In this document: positions 27,541 through 36,130 of the stretch, piece by piece
How the letters are laid out: every line of letters starts with the position of its first letter
Numbering within the stretch: position 1 is the stretch's first letter
NCBI GenBank assembly: GCA_002364215.1
Contig: DEXQ01000018.1
Span: 183,287-247,286 of the forward strand
DNA: 64,000 nucleotides
Source: Aequorivita sp. UBA3180
GTDB taxonomy: Bacteria; Bacteroidota; Bacteroidia; Flavobacteriales; Flavobacteriaceae
Reading direction: 5' to 3'
Program-made: the position numbers and the translations under genes
Notes under the pieces: model-generated
Told to the model about the DNA's origin: nothing
The model's database searches: none
The model's input: only the letters and a program-made list of their open reading frames with translations

Positions 27541-27554
27541 CTATATGTTTTTTT

Positions 27555-27663
27555 ACCACGAACACACGAATTTTAGGTGTTTCGCAGGTTAGCTGTAATT
27601 TTTTCAATGCCCTGCCAGCAGGTTGTTGCATAAAAAATGATATAATATTCGTGTATTCGTGGT
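27555..27663. repeat. 109-bp element with 17-bp terminal inverted repeats (MITE/REPIN-like)
   Basis: accacgaacacacgaat ... attcgtgtattcgtggt (16/17 complementary). Confidence 0.65.
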
Positions 27664-27670
27664 CACTTTT

Positions 27671-28927
27671 TTAATTTCCTTTGATTATTTTATAATTCGC
27701 CTTTGCGAGCGCCAATTGAACTTCGTGCAATTGTTGGTCAATTTTTGCTTCGTAAAGATTATTCAGTTCTGTGATGTATTCCGAAGAAGTGATTGCGCCA
27801 TTCTGCAATTGGGAAGTCGTGGCCTGTAAAACTTGTTCACGCAATCCAATAATTTCTTCGTCTTTTTTTAACATTACTTCATATTTATTTATGTCACTTT
27901 CTGCTTCTTTTTGTTGCATTTCGTTGTTCAACAAAAAGGTTTCTTTTTCGGTGGAAACTATTTCTTTTGAAATATCAATGGCTTGTTTTTTCTTCTTCGT
28001 TTTTCCCCAATCGAAAATATTCCAGTTCAATTTCAAGCCAACCATATAGAAATCCTGAAAAGAATTGTCAAGCATATTCAATCCCGGATTGCCGTAACCA
28101 GCCTGCGCAAAACCTAATAATTTTGGATAATTGCTTTTAGAAATCACTTCTTTTGAAGTTTCCAATTGCGTTTCCTGCAAATTGAAAAGTTCCAATTCAG
28201 GTCGCTGTGATTCAGTTGCTGCCGTAACCAAAATCTCTGGATTTGTTAAAGTTGTAGTGTTGTCCAAATTCTGAAAAATCAACAAGGAGAGGTTTTTCAA
28301 CGCTTTTTCCCTGTCGAAATTTACTTGCGAAAGTTGCTGTTCCAGTTTCAGTTGTTCGGCTTTCAATAGCTGCTTGGAAGCGGGGAGGACCGCGCCATAT
28401 TTTACTCCAACACTTGTTTCTTTTAATCGTGCTTCGAGCTGTTCCATTTTTGAAAGCAGCAACTTTTCCTGTTCTTGAAAAAGTAAAACGTTGAAATAAT
28501 TTTGATTAATCCTCGACTTTAAGGTGTAAAGATTTACCGCAATTTGTTGTTGTTGCGCTGCAAGTTCGGCAGTTTTCAATTTTGTATTCGCCGCAATATT
28601 TCCGCCGTTATAAATTAATTGGTTTGCATCCAGCGTGGCGCGATACTGGTCTTTATTGGGCGGTTCAATATTTGAATTTGGAATTTGCAACGGAAACTCA
28701 ATAACATCTGATTGATAGGTGGCCTGTGCGTTCAGGTCTAATTTGGGCAGCCTTTCTTTTTCCAAAACCTTGATTTCAGAATTTGTTTTTGCTTCCAATA
28801 AAGCGGTTTGCTTCGACAAAGGGTAATTTTTTTCAGCAAGCGAATAACACTCTTCCAAAGTCAAAACTTGCTGTGCAGAAAGGAGTAGGGGGGCGAGGCT
28901 GAAGATTGTAAAGAGAAGCCGTTTCAT
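27671..28927 (-). CDS. TolC family outer membrane efflux protein
   Basis: Signal peptide, LPKLDLNAQATYQSD, WNIFDWG, repeated helical coiled-coil pattern. Confidence 0.9.
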   Translation of the reverse strand: MKRLLFTIFSLAPLLLSAQQVLTLEECYSLAEKNYPLSKQTALLEAKTNSEIKVLEKERLPKLDLNAQATYQSDVIEFPLQIPNSNIEPPNKDQYRATLDANQLIYNGGNIAANTKLKTAELAAQQQQIAVNLYTLKSRINQNYFNVLLFQEQEKLLLSKMEQLEARLKETSVGVKYGAVLPASKQLLKAEQLKLEQQLSQVNFDREKALKNLSLLIFQNLDNTTTLTNPEILVTAATESQRPELELFNLQETQLETSKEVISKSNYPKLLGFAQAGYGNPGLNMLDNSFQDFYMVGLKLNWNIFDWGKTKKKKQAIDISKEIVSTEKETFLLNNEMQQKEAESDINKYEVMLKKDEEIIGLREQVLQATTSQLQNGAITSSEYITELNNLYEAKIDQQLHEVQLALAKANYKIIKGN

Positions 28928-28930
28928 TTT

Positions 28931-29545
28931 TTACTTTTTTATGGAATTGATTATAAACTCAGAAACAGAGACTTTTCGTTCTTCCATCATTTTTTTGAAA
29001 GCCTTGTCGTCAATCTTCAAAAACCCTTTTATTAAGGGTGTTGCCACAAAAGGAAAAATATTCAGCGAAATAATATTTACAAAAAGTTGCTCCCCATCTA
29101 TGGGTTTCAGAATGCCCTTTTCCACTTCTTCGTTCACTTGATTTTTAAATTTTTCCAGTGTTGGAAAAGCTGCGTTTTGTTGGATTTTCTCAAAAAACTT
29201 AGGATTCCGATTCAATTCCTGAATTATGAAATTGGGCAGATAGGGATGCTTTGATATAAAAGTGATGTAATTGTGTGTGAAGTTTTTCACTTTGTCCTCA
29301 ATGGAGGAATCATCGTTCAGAATTTTATTGAGCTGTGGTGCTAAAAGAGAAAAGGCATTGCTGAAAACCGCTTCAAAAAGCAATTGTTTGCTTCGGTAGT
29401 AATAATGCAGCATCGCTTTGTTAATGCCCGCCTCGTCTGCAATTTCCTGCATACGCGCGCCATCCATTCCTTTCTTTTGGAATACGCTTTCGGCAGCGTT
29501 CAGTATTTGCCCCTCCGTATCCTGATTTTTATTTGTCTTTGCCAT
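28931..29545 (-). CDS. TetR/AcrR family regulator
   Basis: ILNAAESVFQKKGMDGARMQEIADEAGINKAMLHYYYRSK. Confidence 0.95.
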   Translation of the reverse strand: MAKTNKNQDTEGQILNAAESVFQKKGMDGARMQEIADEAGINKAMLHYYYRSKQLLFEAVFSNAFSLLAPQLNKILNDDSSIEDKVKNFTHNYITFISKHPYLPNFIIQELNRNPKFFEKIQQNAAFPTLEKFKNQVNEEVEKGILKPIDGEQLFVNIISLNIFPFVATPLIKGFLKIDDKAFKKMMEERKVSVSEFIINSIKK

Positions 29546-29561
29546 TTTTTAACTTTATGGT

Positions 29562-29577
29562 TTAACCATTTGGTTAA
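29562..29577. promoter_or_regulatory. Putative TetR operator
   Basis: Perfect inverted repeat TTAACCA-TT-TGGTTAA lying 17 bp upstream of the tetR start. Confidence 0.65.
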
Positions 29578-29645
29578 CAAAGATAGATAATTTACTTTTA
29601 CTAAAACTAATTTTAGAAATAAGTTTAAAAGTTTTTTGTGGATAA

Positions 29646-29659
29646 TTGATTTATATCAT
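29646..29659 (+). promoter_or_regulatory. FNR-like box upstream of lipoprotein gene
   Basis: TTGAT-TTAT-ATCAT; TAAGTTTA at 29682 (22-bp gap). Confidence 0.75.
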
Positions 29660-29780
29660 TCCTACAAGTGAAGAAATACCTTAAGTTTATTGCCTCTTTT
29701 GTAATTACTTAATAATTAGAAAAAGAGAAGCGTATATTTACATATCCTTCTGAAGAATTAACTTTTTAAAAAATAATAGT

Positions 29781-30413
29781 ATGCAAAAATTATTGGTCAT
29801 AACAATTTTTGTCACGTTACTTTCCGGGTGTTCCAGCAGCCGTTTGGTTGATGAATACATAAATACAGAAGCGCCAAATTTTCAGGCCAATAAAGTTTTG
29901 GTGGTTGGGTTAACACCAGACGCAGTTTTGCAGCGCCAATTTGAATATAGTCTTTCGCAAGCTTTGGAAGCCGAAGGGGTGATTACCGTAAAAAGTGTTG
30001 AATATTTTGAAAGTACCTTCTCAGAAAACAATCAAACGGAAGAAAATTTAAAAAGCATAGAAAATGAACTTTTAAATGCAGGTTTTGATGCGGTGCTTTT
30101 TTCAAAAGTTACGGGGCAGGAAAGCAAGGTAACCATTGGGCAATCTTATAGAAATCTTGCAAAATCCTTTGAGTCATTCAGTGATTATTATAATGAAAAT
30201 AGGCCTGTGTATGGCAATGAGCAGATTGAAGACTACCCAGTTTATAATACCGAAACCTCTTTGTATTGTCTCTGCCCCGGCAAGGAGCGTGATTTAATCT
30301 GGCGAGGAAAGATAGACATTGTCAATCCGCCGGGAGCTGCATCCACCATTCGTGATTATGTAAAAACAATTGTGCAAACGCTTAAAAGGAATAATCTTCT
30401 AATTTTATTGTGA
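29781..30413 (+). CDS. Lipoprotein of unknown function (DUF4136-like)
   Basis: Lipobox LSGC; alpha/beta domain ending ETSLY.L......LIW.G. Confidence 0.7.
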   Translation: MQKLLVITIFVTLLSGCSSSRLVDEYINTEAPNFQANKVLVVGLTPDAVLQRQFEYSLSQALEAEGVITVKSVEYFESTFSENNQTEENLKSIENELLNAGFDAVLFSKVTGQESKVTIGQSYRNLAKSFESFSDYYNENRPVYGNEQIEDYPVYNTETSLYCLCPGKERDLIWRGKIDIVNPPGAASTIRDYVKTIVQTLKRNNLLILL

Positions 30414-30419
30414 AATAAT

Positions 30420-31247
30420 TCACTTGTGAAGTACCAAAAGTGGTACAAGTGAACCATAATTTATTTTTGAGGTTTCTGAACCAAAGATAAAACGATCAAA
30501 AAAACTTTTGCGCTCCACAATCATGGCGTGAAGTTGAACGGGAATTAACTGCTCAAAAGCATTAATGGCCATTGAGGCAGGTATATTTTTAATTGAAAAA
30601 CGTTCAAATCCTATTTCTTTGAAAACCTCTTCAGTATGGTTTCTTTGTGAGGATAGCTCTATACTTTCTTCCTCTATTTCAAGAATTTTTAATGAGGCGT
30701 TGTGTTTGTTTACTATTTCCGAAATGATTTTGAGCGATTTGTTTGCTACATCATATTGATAATTTAGCGATAGCAAAACCGATTTAATTTTTTCAAAAGC
30801 AAAACCTTCGGGAATCACAATAACGGGACAATCAACGTTTCGTATAATTTTCAAGGTGTTACTTCCAAAAATAACTTCTGCAGCACCTGTTGCACCGTTG
30901 GACCCCATTATTATTAATTCAATATTGTTTAGCGCTACAGCTTGGTTTACAGCATCAACAATATTGTCAAAATCTACTTTTGGAACAAAGGTGAAATCTT
31001 CTCCCTCAGAAATTGATTTACAAAATTGGACCATTTTTTCAAGCTCCTTTTTATTGTCATTCAAAATGCCTTCATAGACCGATGTGCCGGGAGCGCCGTA
31101 AAGTACATCGGCAGTTATATAGCCAGAAGGTTTTTGCGAATTGAGAATGTGAAATGTACATTTTTCACCTTCAAAAAACTTCAGGGCATACTTAATTGCA
31201 TTCTTGGAGTTTTTTGAAAAATCTGTGGGCAAGAGTATGTTATTCAT
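30420..31247 (-). CDS. Universal stress protein (tandem)
   Basis: ILLPTDFSKNS, LIIMGSNGATG...IFGSNT..II..VDCPVIVIP. Confidence 0.95.
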   Translation of the reverse strand: MNNILLPTDFSKNSKNAIKYALKFFEGEKCTFHILNSQKPSGYITADVLYGAPGTSVYEGILNDNKKELEKMVQFCKSISEGEDFTFVPKVDFDNIVDAVNQAVALNNIELIIMGSNGATGAAEVIFGSNTLKIIRNVDCPVIVIPEGFAFEKIKSVLLSLNYQYDVANKSLKIISEIVNKHNASLKILEIEEESIELSSQRNHTEEVFKEIGFERFSIKNIPASMAINAFEQLIPVQLHAMIVERKSFFDRFIFGSETSKINYGSLVPLLVLHK

Positions 31248-31294
31248 CTTTTTTTGAATTTCTTCAAAATTAATTTTTAGACGTGATATCTAAA

Positions 31295-31308
31295 ATGATT
31301 TTCCTCAT
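31295..31308 (-). promoter_or_regulatory. FNR-like box for minus-strand usp
   Basis: Minus strand ATGAG-GAAA-ATCAT; TAATTTTG at 31265-31272 (22-bp gap). Confidence 0.72.
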
Positions 31309-31403
31309 ACTTTAAGCGGTAAAGTACATAGATATTTGTACTTGGAAGGGGGTTTTTAAGTAGCCTATTTCGAAGTAAAAAAAGAGATTAAATTATCTCG
31401 TAT

Positions 31404-31417
31404 ATGACAAAAATCAT
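31404..31417 (+). promoter_or_regulatory. FNR-like box for the nos operon
   Basis: ATGAC-AAAA-ATCAT; TAATTTTG at 31440 (22-bp gap). Confidence 0.82.
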
Positions 31418-31471
31418 ATTATATCTATTCCTTGAGTACTAATTTTGTCACGTAAATTAATCTTAACAACT

Positions 31472-31984
31472 ATGAAAATTATAATGAAATCACTAGCCGC
31501 ATTAGCAATTGTAACCTTGATAAGCTGTGGCGGAAAAGAAGAAAAGAAAAGTAACGATATTCAGATTGGCCAAAAGCCAGCTGCAACCGAAGCATCTGCT
31601 GACAGTACCACAAGCGCAGCCTCTGATGTGAAACCTTCAGAAACAGTTGATCTTACCAATAAGGGTATTGGGCCGATTAAAAATGTTGAGCTTGCAGCCG
31701 AAATTGACCAGGCAATGGCTGCCAAAGGAATGGAAGTTTATAAAACTAAATGTATGGCTTGCCATAAACCAGACAAGAAGTTTATTGGTCCTGCCCCAAC
31801 AGGAATTTTGGAAAGACGTACTCCGGAGTGGATTATGAACATGATCTTGAATCCTGAAGAAATGACCAAAAATGACCCGCTAGCGAAAGCGCTTTTGATT
31901 GAGTTCAACGGATCGCCTATGGCAAACCAGAACTTGACAGAGGAAGAGGCAAGACAAGTATTGGAATATTTTAGAACACTTTAA
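31472..31984 (+). CDS. Monoheme cytochrome c lipoprotein (probable NosZ electron donor)
   Basis: Lipobox LISC; CMACH; distal Met in GSPMANQ; first gene of the nos cluster. Confidence 0.9.
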   Translation: MKIIMKSLAALAIVTLISCGGKEEKKSNDIQIGQKPAATEASADSTTSAASDVKPSETVDLTNKGIGPIKNVELAAEIDQAMAAKGMEVYKTKCMACHKPDKKFIGPAPTGILERRTPEWIMNMILNPEEMTKNDPLAKALLIEFNGSPMANQNLTEEEARQVLEYFRTL

Positions 31985-32054
31985 TATATACTTAAGCAAC
32001 CAACCCCCTTGCAGGATTGTGATGGTCCTGCAAGGGTTAAAAACCACAATCAAG

Positions 32055-32633
32055 ATGAAAACAGCAATTAAACTACTATTTGTTTCGGCTGCACTGCTCG
32101 TGTTTTCGGCCTGCAAAAACGAAACTAAAACCGAAGGAGATGGAACTGTTGTAGATAATTCAGCAACTACAAGTGTAAGTTCCGAAAGACAAGGTCAAGC
32201 CTTTATTGAAGGGGACGAATCTACTCCAAACATTCTTCAAGTTGCAATTGGCTCTCCAGACCACACTACACTTGTGGCGGCGGTTCAAGCAGCCAATCTT
32301 GAAAATGCATTGGTAAACGCAGGTCCCTTGATGGTGTTTGCGCCTACAAATGCAGCTTTTGAAGCGCTACCTGCCGGAACTGTTGAAAATTTGCTAAAGC
32401 CTGAAAATAAAGATCAGCTTGCAAGCATTTTGAAAAATCACGTTACTCCGGGTAATTACTCCAAAGACTTTTTGAAAAAGTTTAAAAAATTGGGACAAGC
32501 CGGTGGTCAAGACGTAACCGTCGAAGTAAATGGAGATGATGTTTATGTTGGTGGTGCAAAGATCATTGCAAGCGTGGAGGCCGGAAACGGGATTATACAC
32601 GTAGTGGATAAAGTAATACTTCCTGCAAACTAA
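32055..32633 (+). CDS. Fasciclin (FAS1) domain lipoprotein
   Basis: Lipobox FSAC; HTTLVAAV.AA.L, VFAPTNAAF, NGIIHVVDKV. Confidence 0.92.
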   Translation: MKTAIKLLFVSAALLVFSACKNETKTEGDGTVVDNSATTSVSSERQGQAFIEGDESTPNILQVAIGSPDHTTLVAAVQAANLENALVNAGPLMVFAPTNAAFEALPAGTVENLLKPENKDQLASILKNHVTPGNYSKDFLKKFKKLGQAGGQDVTVEVNGDDVYVGGAKIIASVEAGNGIIHVVDKVILPAN

Positions 32634-32667
32634 ACAATTGAAAAACTTAAATTAAAACAATAGAACA

Positions 32668-34635
32668 ATGAAAAAAACAATTAATATTTTAGTTTCCCTT
32701 GTTATGGTTGCCGGATTGGTAAGCTGTAATAATGGTGATAACAAAAAACAAAGTAAGGGGCAGGGTGGTTTGGCCACCAACGCCGCTGAAAAAGTTTACG
32801 TAGCACCCGGCGAACACGATGATTATTACGCATTCTTCTCTGGAGGGTATAGTGGTAACCTTACCGTTTACGGGCTTCCATCTGGACGTATGTTCAAGGA
32901 AATTCCGGTATTTTCGCAATTCCCTACCAGTGGTTATGGCTATTCAGAAGAAACCTTGCCTATGTTCAACACCTCATTTGGTTTTGTGCCTTGGGACGAT
33001 TCCCACCACCCTGATATTTCACAAACAAACGGGAAATTGGACGGACGATGGATTTTTATAAATGGAAATAATACGCCCCGTATTGCCCGAATCGATTTGG
33101 AAACTTTTGAAACTGTAGAAATTATCGAGCTGCCAAATAGTGCAGGAAACCACAGTTCTTCCTTCATTACCGAAAATACCGAATACGTTGTAGCTGGAAC
33201 TCGTTTCTCTGTACCAGTGCCACAACGTGATATGCCGATAAAAGATTACAAAGGTAACTTTAAAGGCGCACTTTCATTCGTGAGTGTAGATCAGGAAACT
33301 GGTCGTATGGGCATTAAATTTCAATTGATGATGCCAGGTTTTAACTATGACCTTTCACACCCTGGACGTGACAAATCTCACGGATGGTTTTTCTTTACTA
33401 CCTATAATACTGAGGAAGCAAATACATTGATGGAGGTAAATTCATCACAAAATGACAAGGATTTCATTGCGGCTGTAAACTGGAAAGTAATTGAAGAATA
33501 TGTAAATAACGGAGGCGGAACAAAAATGCCGGCTAACTATGCGCATAACGTATATGATCATAATACGCATATGGCCACATCAACTATGGAAAAAGAGGTG
33601 CTAACTGTAGATCCTACCAAAGTTCCCGGCGCAGTTTTCTTTCTTCCTACACCAAAGTCTCCACACGGTTGTGACGTAGATCCAACTGGAGAATACATAA
33701 TAGGTAACGGTAAACTTTCTGCTGACCTTACAGTACACTCTTTCACTAAAATGATTGATGCTATTGAAAATAAAAAGTTTGATGGCGAAGCTTATGGAAT
33801 TCCTATCTTAAAATTTGAGGATGTATTGGCAGGTACTGTAAAACAACCAGGATTAGGCCCATTACACACTGAGTTTGATGGCAAAGGAAATGCTTATACC
33901 ACCTTCTTTATTTCTTCTGAAGTAGTAAAATGGAAACTAGGAACTTGGGAAGTTTTGGACCGCCAACCAGTATTTTATTCTGTGGGTCACGGCATGATTC
34001 CTGGTGGAAACTCACGTGAGCCTTTCGGTAAATATTTTGTTGCAATGAACAAGATTACAAAAGACCGTTACTTGCCAACAGGACCAGAACTGGAACACTC
34101 TGCACAGTTGTTTGATATTTCCGGAGACAAGATGGAATTGCTGTTAGATTTCCCAACCCATGGGGAACCACATTATGCTGCTGGTATTGCTGCAGATATA
34201 TTGAAGAAAAATGCTAAGCAATTTTACAAATTGTCAGAAAATACAAACCCTTATGCCACACTTTCTGAAGCAGATGCACGTGTAGAGCGCAAAGGCAACG
34301 AAGTTCATATTTATATGACTACCATACGAAGTCACTTTACTCCAGATAATATTGAGGGTGTAAAAGTGGGTGACAAGGTATTCTTCCATATTACAAACCA
34401 CGAACAGGATTTTGATGTACCACACGGATTTGCAATGATAGGCGCAAATAACGCTGAATTATTGATAATGCCTGGACAAACCAAAACCTTGGTTTGGGAA
34501 CCAAAACAAGTGGGAGTATGGCCATTCTATTGTACAGATTTCTGTTCTGCACTTCACCAGGAAATGCAAGGTTACGTTCGCGTGAGCCCAGCAAATTCCA
34601 ATATGGAGCTTAGTTGGTCCTTGGGTGAAGATTAA
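32668..34635 (+). CDS. nosZ: Nitrous oxide reductase, clade II (Sec/lipoprotein signal)
   Basis: FFSGGYSG, DDSHHP, GNHSS, KSPHGCD, GPLHT, CuA motif HGF...CTDFCSALHQEM. Signal LVSC with no twin-Arg. Confidence 0.97.
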   Translation: MKKTINILVSLVMVAGLVSCNNGDNKKQSKGQGGLATNAAEKVYVAPGEHDDYYAFFSGGYSGNLTVYGLPSGRMFKEIPVFSQFPTSGYGYSEETLPMFNTSFGFVPWDDSHHPDISQTNGKLDGRWIFINGNNTPRIARIDLETFETVEIIELPNSAGNHSSSFITENTEYVVAGTRFSVPVPQRDMPIKDYKGNFKGALSFVSVDQETGRMGIKFQLMMPGFNYDLSHPGRDKSHGWFFFTTYNTEEANTLMEVNSSQNDKDFIAAVNWKVIEEYVNNGGGTKMPANYAHNVYDHNTHMATSTMEKEVLTVDPTKVPGAVFFLPTPKSPHGCDVDPTGEYIIGNGKLSADLTVHSFTKMIDAIENKKFDGEAYGIPILKFEDVLAGTVKQPGLGPLHTEFDGKGNAYTTFFISSEVVKWKLGTWEVLDRQPVFYSVGHGMIPGGNSREPFGKYFVAMNKITKDRYLPTGPELEHSAQLFDISGDKMELLLDFPTHGEPHYAAGIAADILKKNAKQFYKLSENTNPYATLSEADARVERKGNEVHIYMTTIRSHFTPDNIEGVKVGDKVFFHITNHEQDFDVPHGFAMIGANNAELLIMPGQTKTLVWEPKQVGVWPFYCTDFCSALHQEMQGYVRVSPANSNMELSWSLGED

Positions 34636-34692
34636 TTAAGAAGTTTTTAGTTGTGGAAATACTAGATTAGTGATTGATGGTATTTTCAAAGG

Positions 34693-34731
34693 AAAGACGG
34701 GGGTTCGTTGATTTTCCCCCGTCTTTTAAAA
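34693..34731 (+). terminator. Hairpin/terminator after nosZ
   Basis: aaagacggggg / cccccgtcttt 11-bp stem. Confidence 0.7.
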
Positions 34732-34845
34732 AAATTGTAGAAGTGATTACACTTCATACATCTCAAAACCAACCCCACACCATCTGCACGAAGACTTAAA
34801 CCGAAAACCAACCGCACGGACGTTTAAGAATTAAAATTCAAAAAA

Positions 34846-35463
34846 ATGAAAAAAGCAGGAATAATAATGATAATTGGATCCTTGCTGCTATTGGGTCTCT
34901 TTAAATTCCCGTTGTGGAATATTATGCTGGGTGCGCCCCAGTATCCAGACCCATTGGGAATGGACATCTATATCCAGGGAATTCAGGGCGTAGAGGAATT
35001 TGACATTCAAAATATTGATGGCCTTAACCACTATATTGGAATGAAGACAATTCCAAAAGTAGAGGATATGTGGGAATTTGAAGTTTTTCCTATCGTAATA
35101 GGGATAATGGTTGCGCTGGGAGTAATAATAGGGTTGCTTGGTTTCTTAGGAAAATTGAGCTACAAATGGTTCTTGGGCTGGTTTTTGGTAATGTCCATAC
35201 TTGGAATAATGGGTATGTACGACTTTAACTTGTGGTTGATTGATTATGGAACCGATCTAGACCCCAAGGCTATCATGAAACTTGAAAATCCGGATGGAAC
35301 CCCAATGACTTATAAACCACCCTTGTTGGGTTATCAAAAAATGTTGAATTTTGATGTAGATTCTTGGCCAGGAGCGGGAGCATATATGATTTTTGTAGGG
35401 ATGATGCTTACCGTAGTAGCTTTCTTTGTTGGAAAGAAAGAATATAATAAAATAGAAAAATAA
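34846..35463 (+). CDS. NosB-like membrane protein of clade II nos clusters
   Basis: PLW.I.L.APQYP..LGM.IYI, IDGLNHYIGM, Y.PPLLG; located between nosZ and nosL. Confidence 0.75.
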   Translation: MKKAGIIMIIGSLLLLGLFKFPLWNIMLGAPQYPDPLGMDIYIQGIQGVEEFDIQNIDGLNHYIGMKTIPKVEDMWEFEVFPIVIGIMVALGVIIGLLGFLGKLSYKWFLGWFLVMSILGIMGMYDFNLWLIDYGTDLDPKAIMKLENPDGTPMTYKPPLLGYQKMLNFDVDSWPGAGAYMIFVGMMLTVVAFFVGKKEYNKIEK

Positions 35464-35489
35464 TCAACTTGTTAAAACAGTACAGCATA

Positions 35490-35924
35490 ATGAAACATTT
35501 CATCTTTTTGGGTATAATAACCGCTTTGCTTGTTTCCTGCAACGTGAGCCCGCAACATATAGAATACGGCTCAGACACTTGCCATTATTGCAATATGACT
35601 ATTGTGGACCGTCAGCATGCATCGCAGGTTGTAAGCACTAAAGGTAAAGCCTTTAAGTATGATGCCATTGAATGTATGGTTCATTCGTTACAGGATGATA
35701 TGAAAGATACAGAAATTGCATTGTATTTGGTTGCAGATTTCCATCAGCCAGGACAATTGATGGATGCTACAACGGCATCATATCTTATTAGCGATCAAAT
35801 TTCTAGCCCTATGGGTGCCAACCTTTCAGCTTTTGAAAATGAAAAGGTAGGTTTAAAGGCACAGGAGAAATTTACCGGAGAATTATATTCTTGGGAAGAA
35901 ATCCAAAAACACTTAAAGCTATAA
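35490..35924 (+). CDS. nosL: NosL copper chaperone lipoprotein
   Basis: Lipobox LVSC; CHYCNMTI, KYDAIECM, SPMGANL. Confidence 0.92.
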   Translation: MKHFIFLGIITALLVSCNVSPQHIEYGSDTCHYCNMTIVDRQHASQVVSTKGKAFKYDAIECMVHSLQDDMKDTEIALYLVADFHQPGQLMDATTASYLISDQISSPMGANLSAFENEKVGLKAQEKFTGELYSWEEIQKHLKL

Positions 35925-36130
35925 TGTTTTTGAAAATTAGGGCCTCAGAAAGTTTCACTTTTTATTTATAACAAAAGGGAGATTACTGAGGTCTTTCTTA
36001 TAGATTTTTTTGATAATAACATTCTCAGAAATTGTAAAAAGCACCAAAAAAATTCAAATTCCTTTTTATCCATTAAATTCAGTATCTTCCATCTTTTTTA
36101 ATTCAAAGCTGTTTTTTTTATGGCTTTGTA

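Noticed and set aside
30421-30451. Hairpin in the 3' end of the minus-strand usp at a convergent junction
   Set aside because: It has a bulged stem inside coding sequence and may be chance, so it is not called a terminator.
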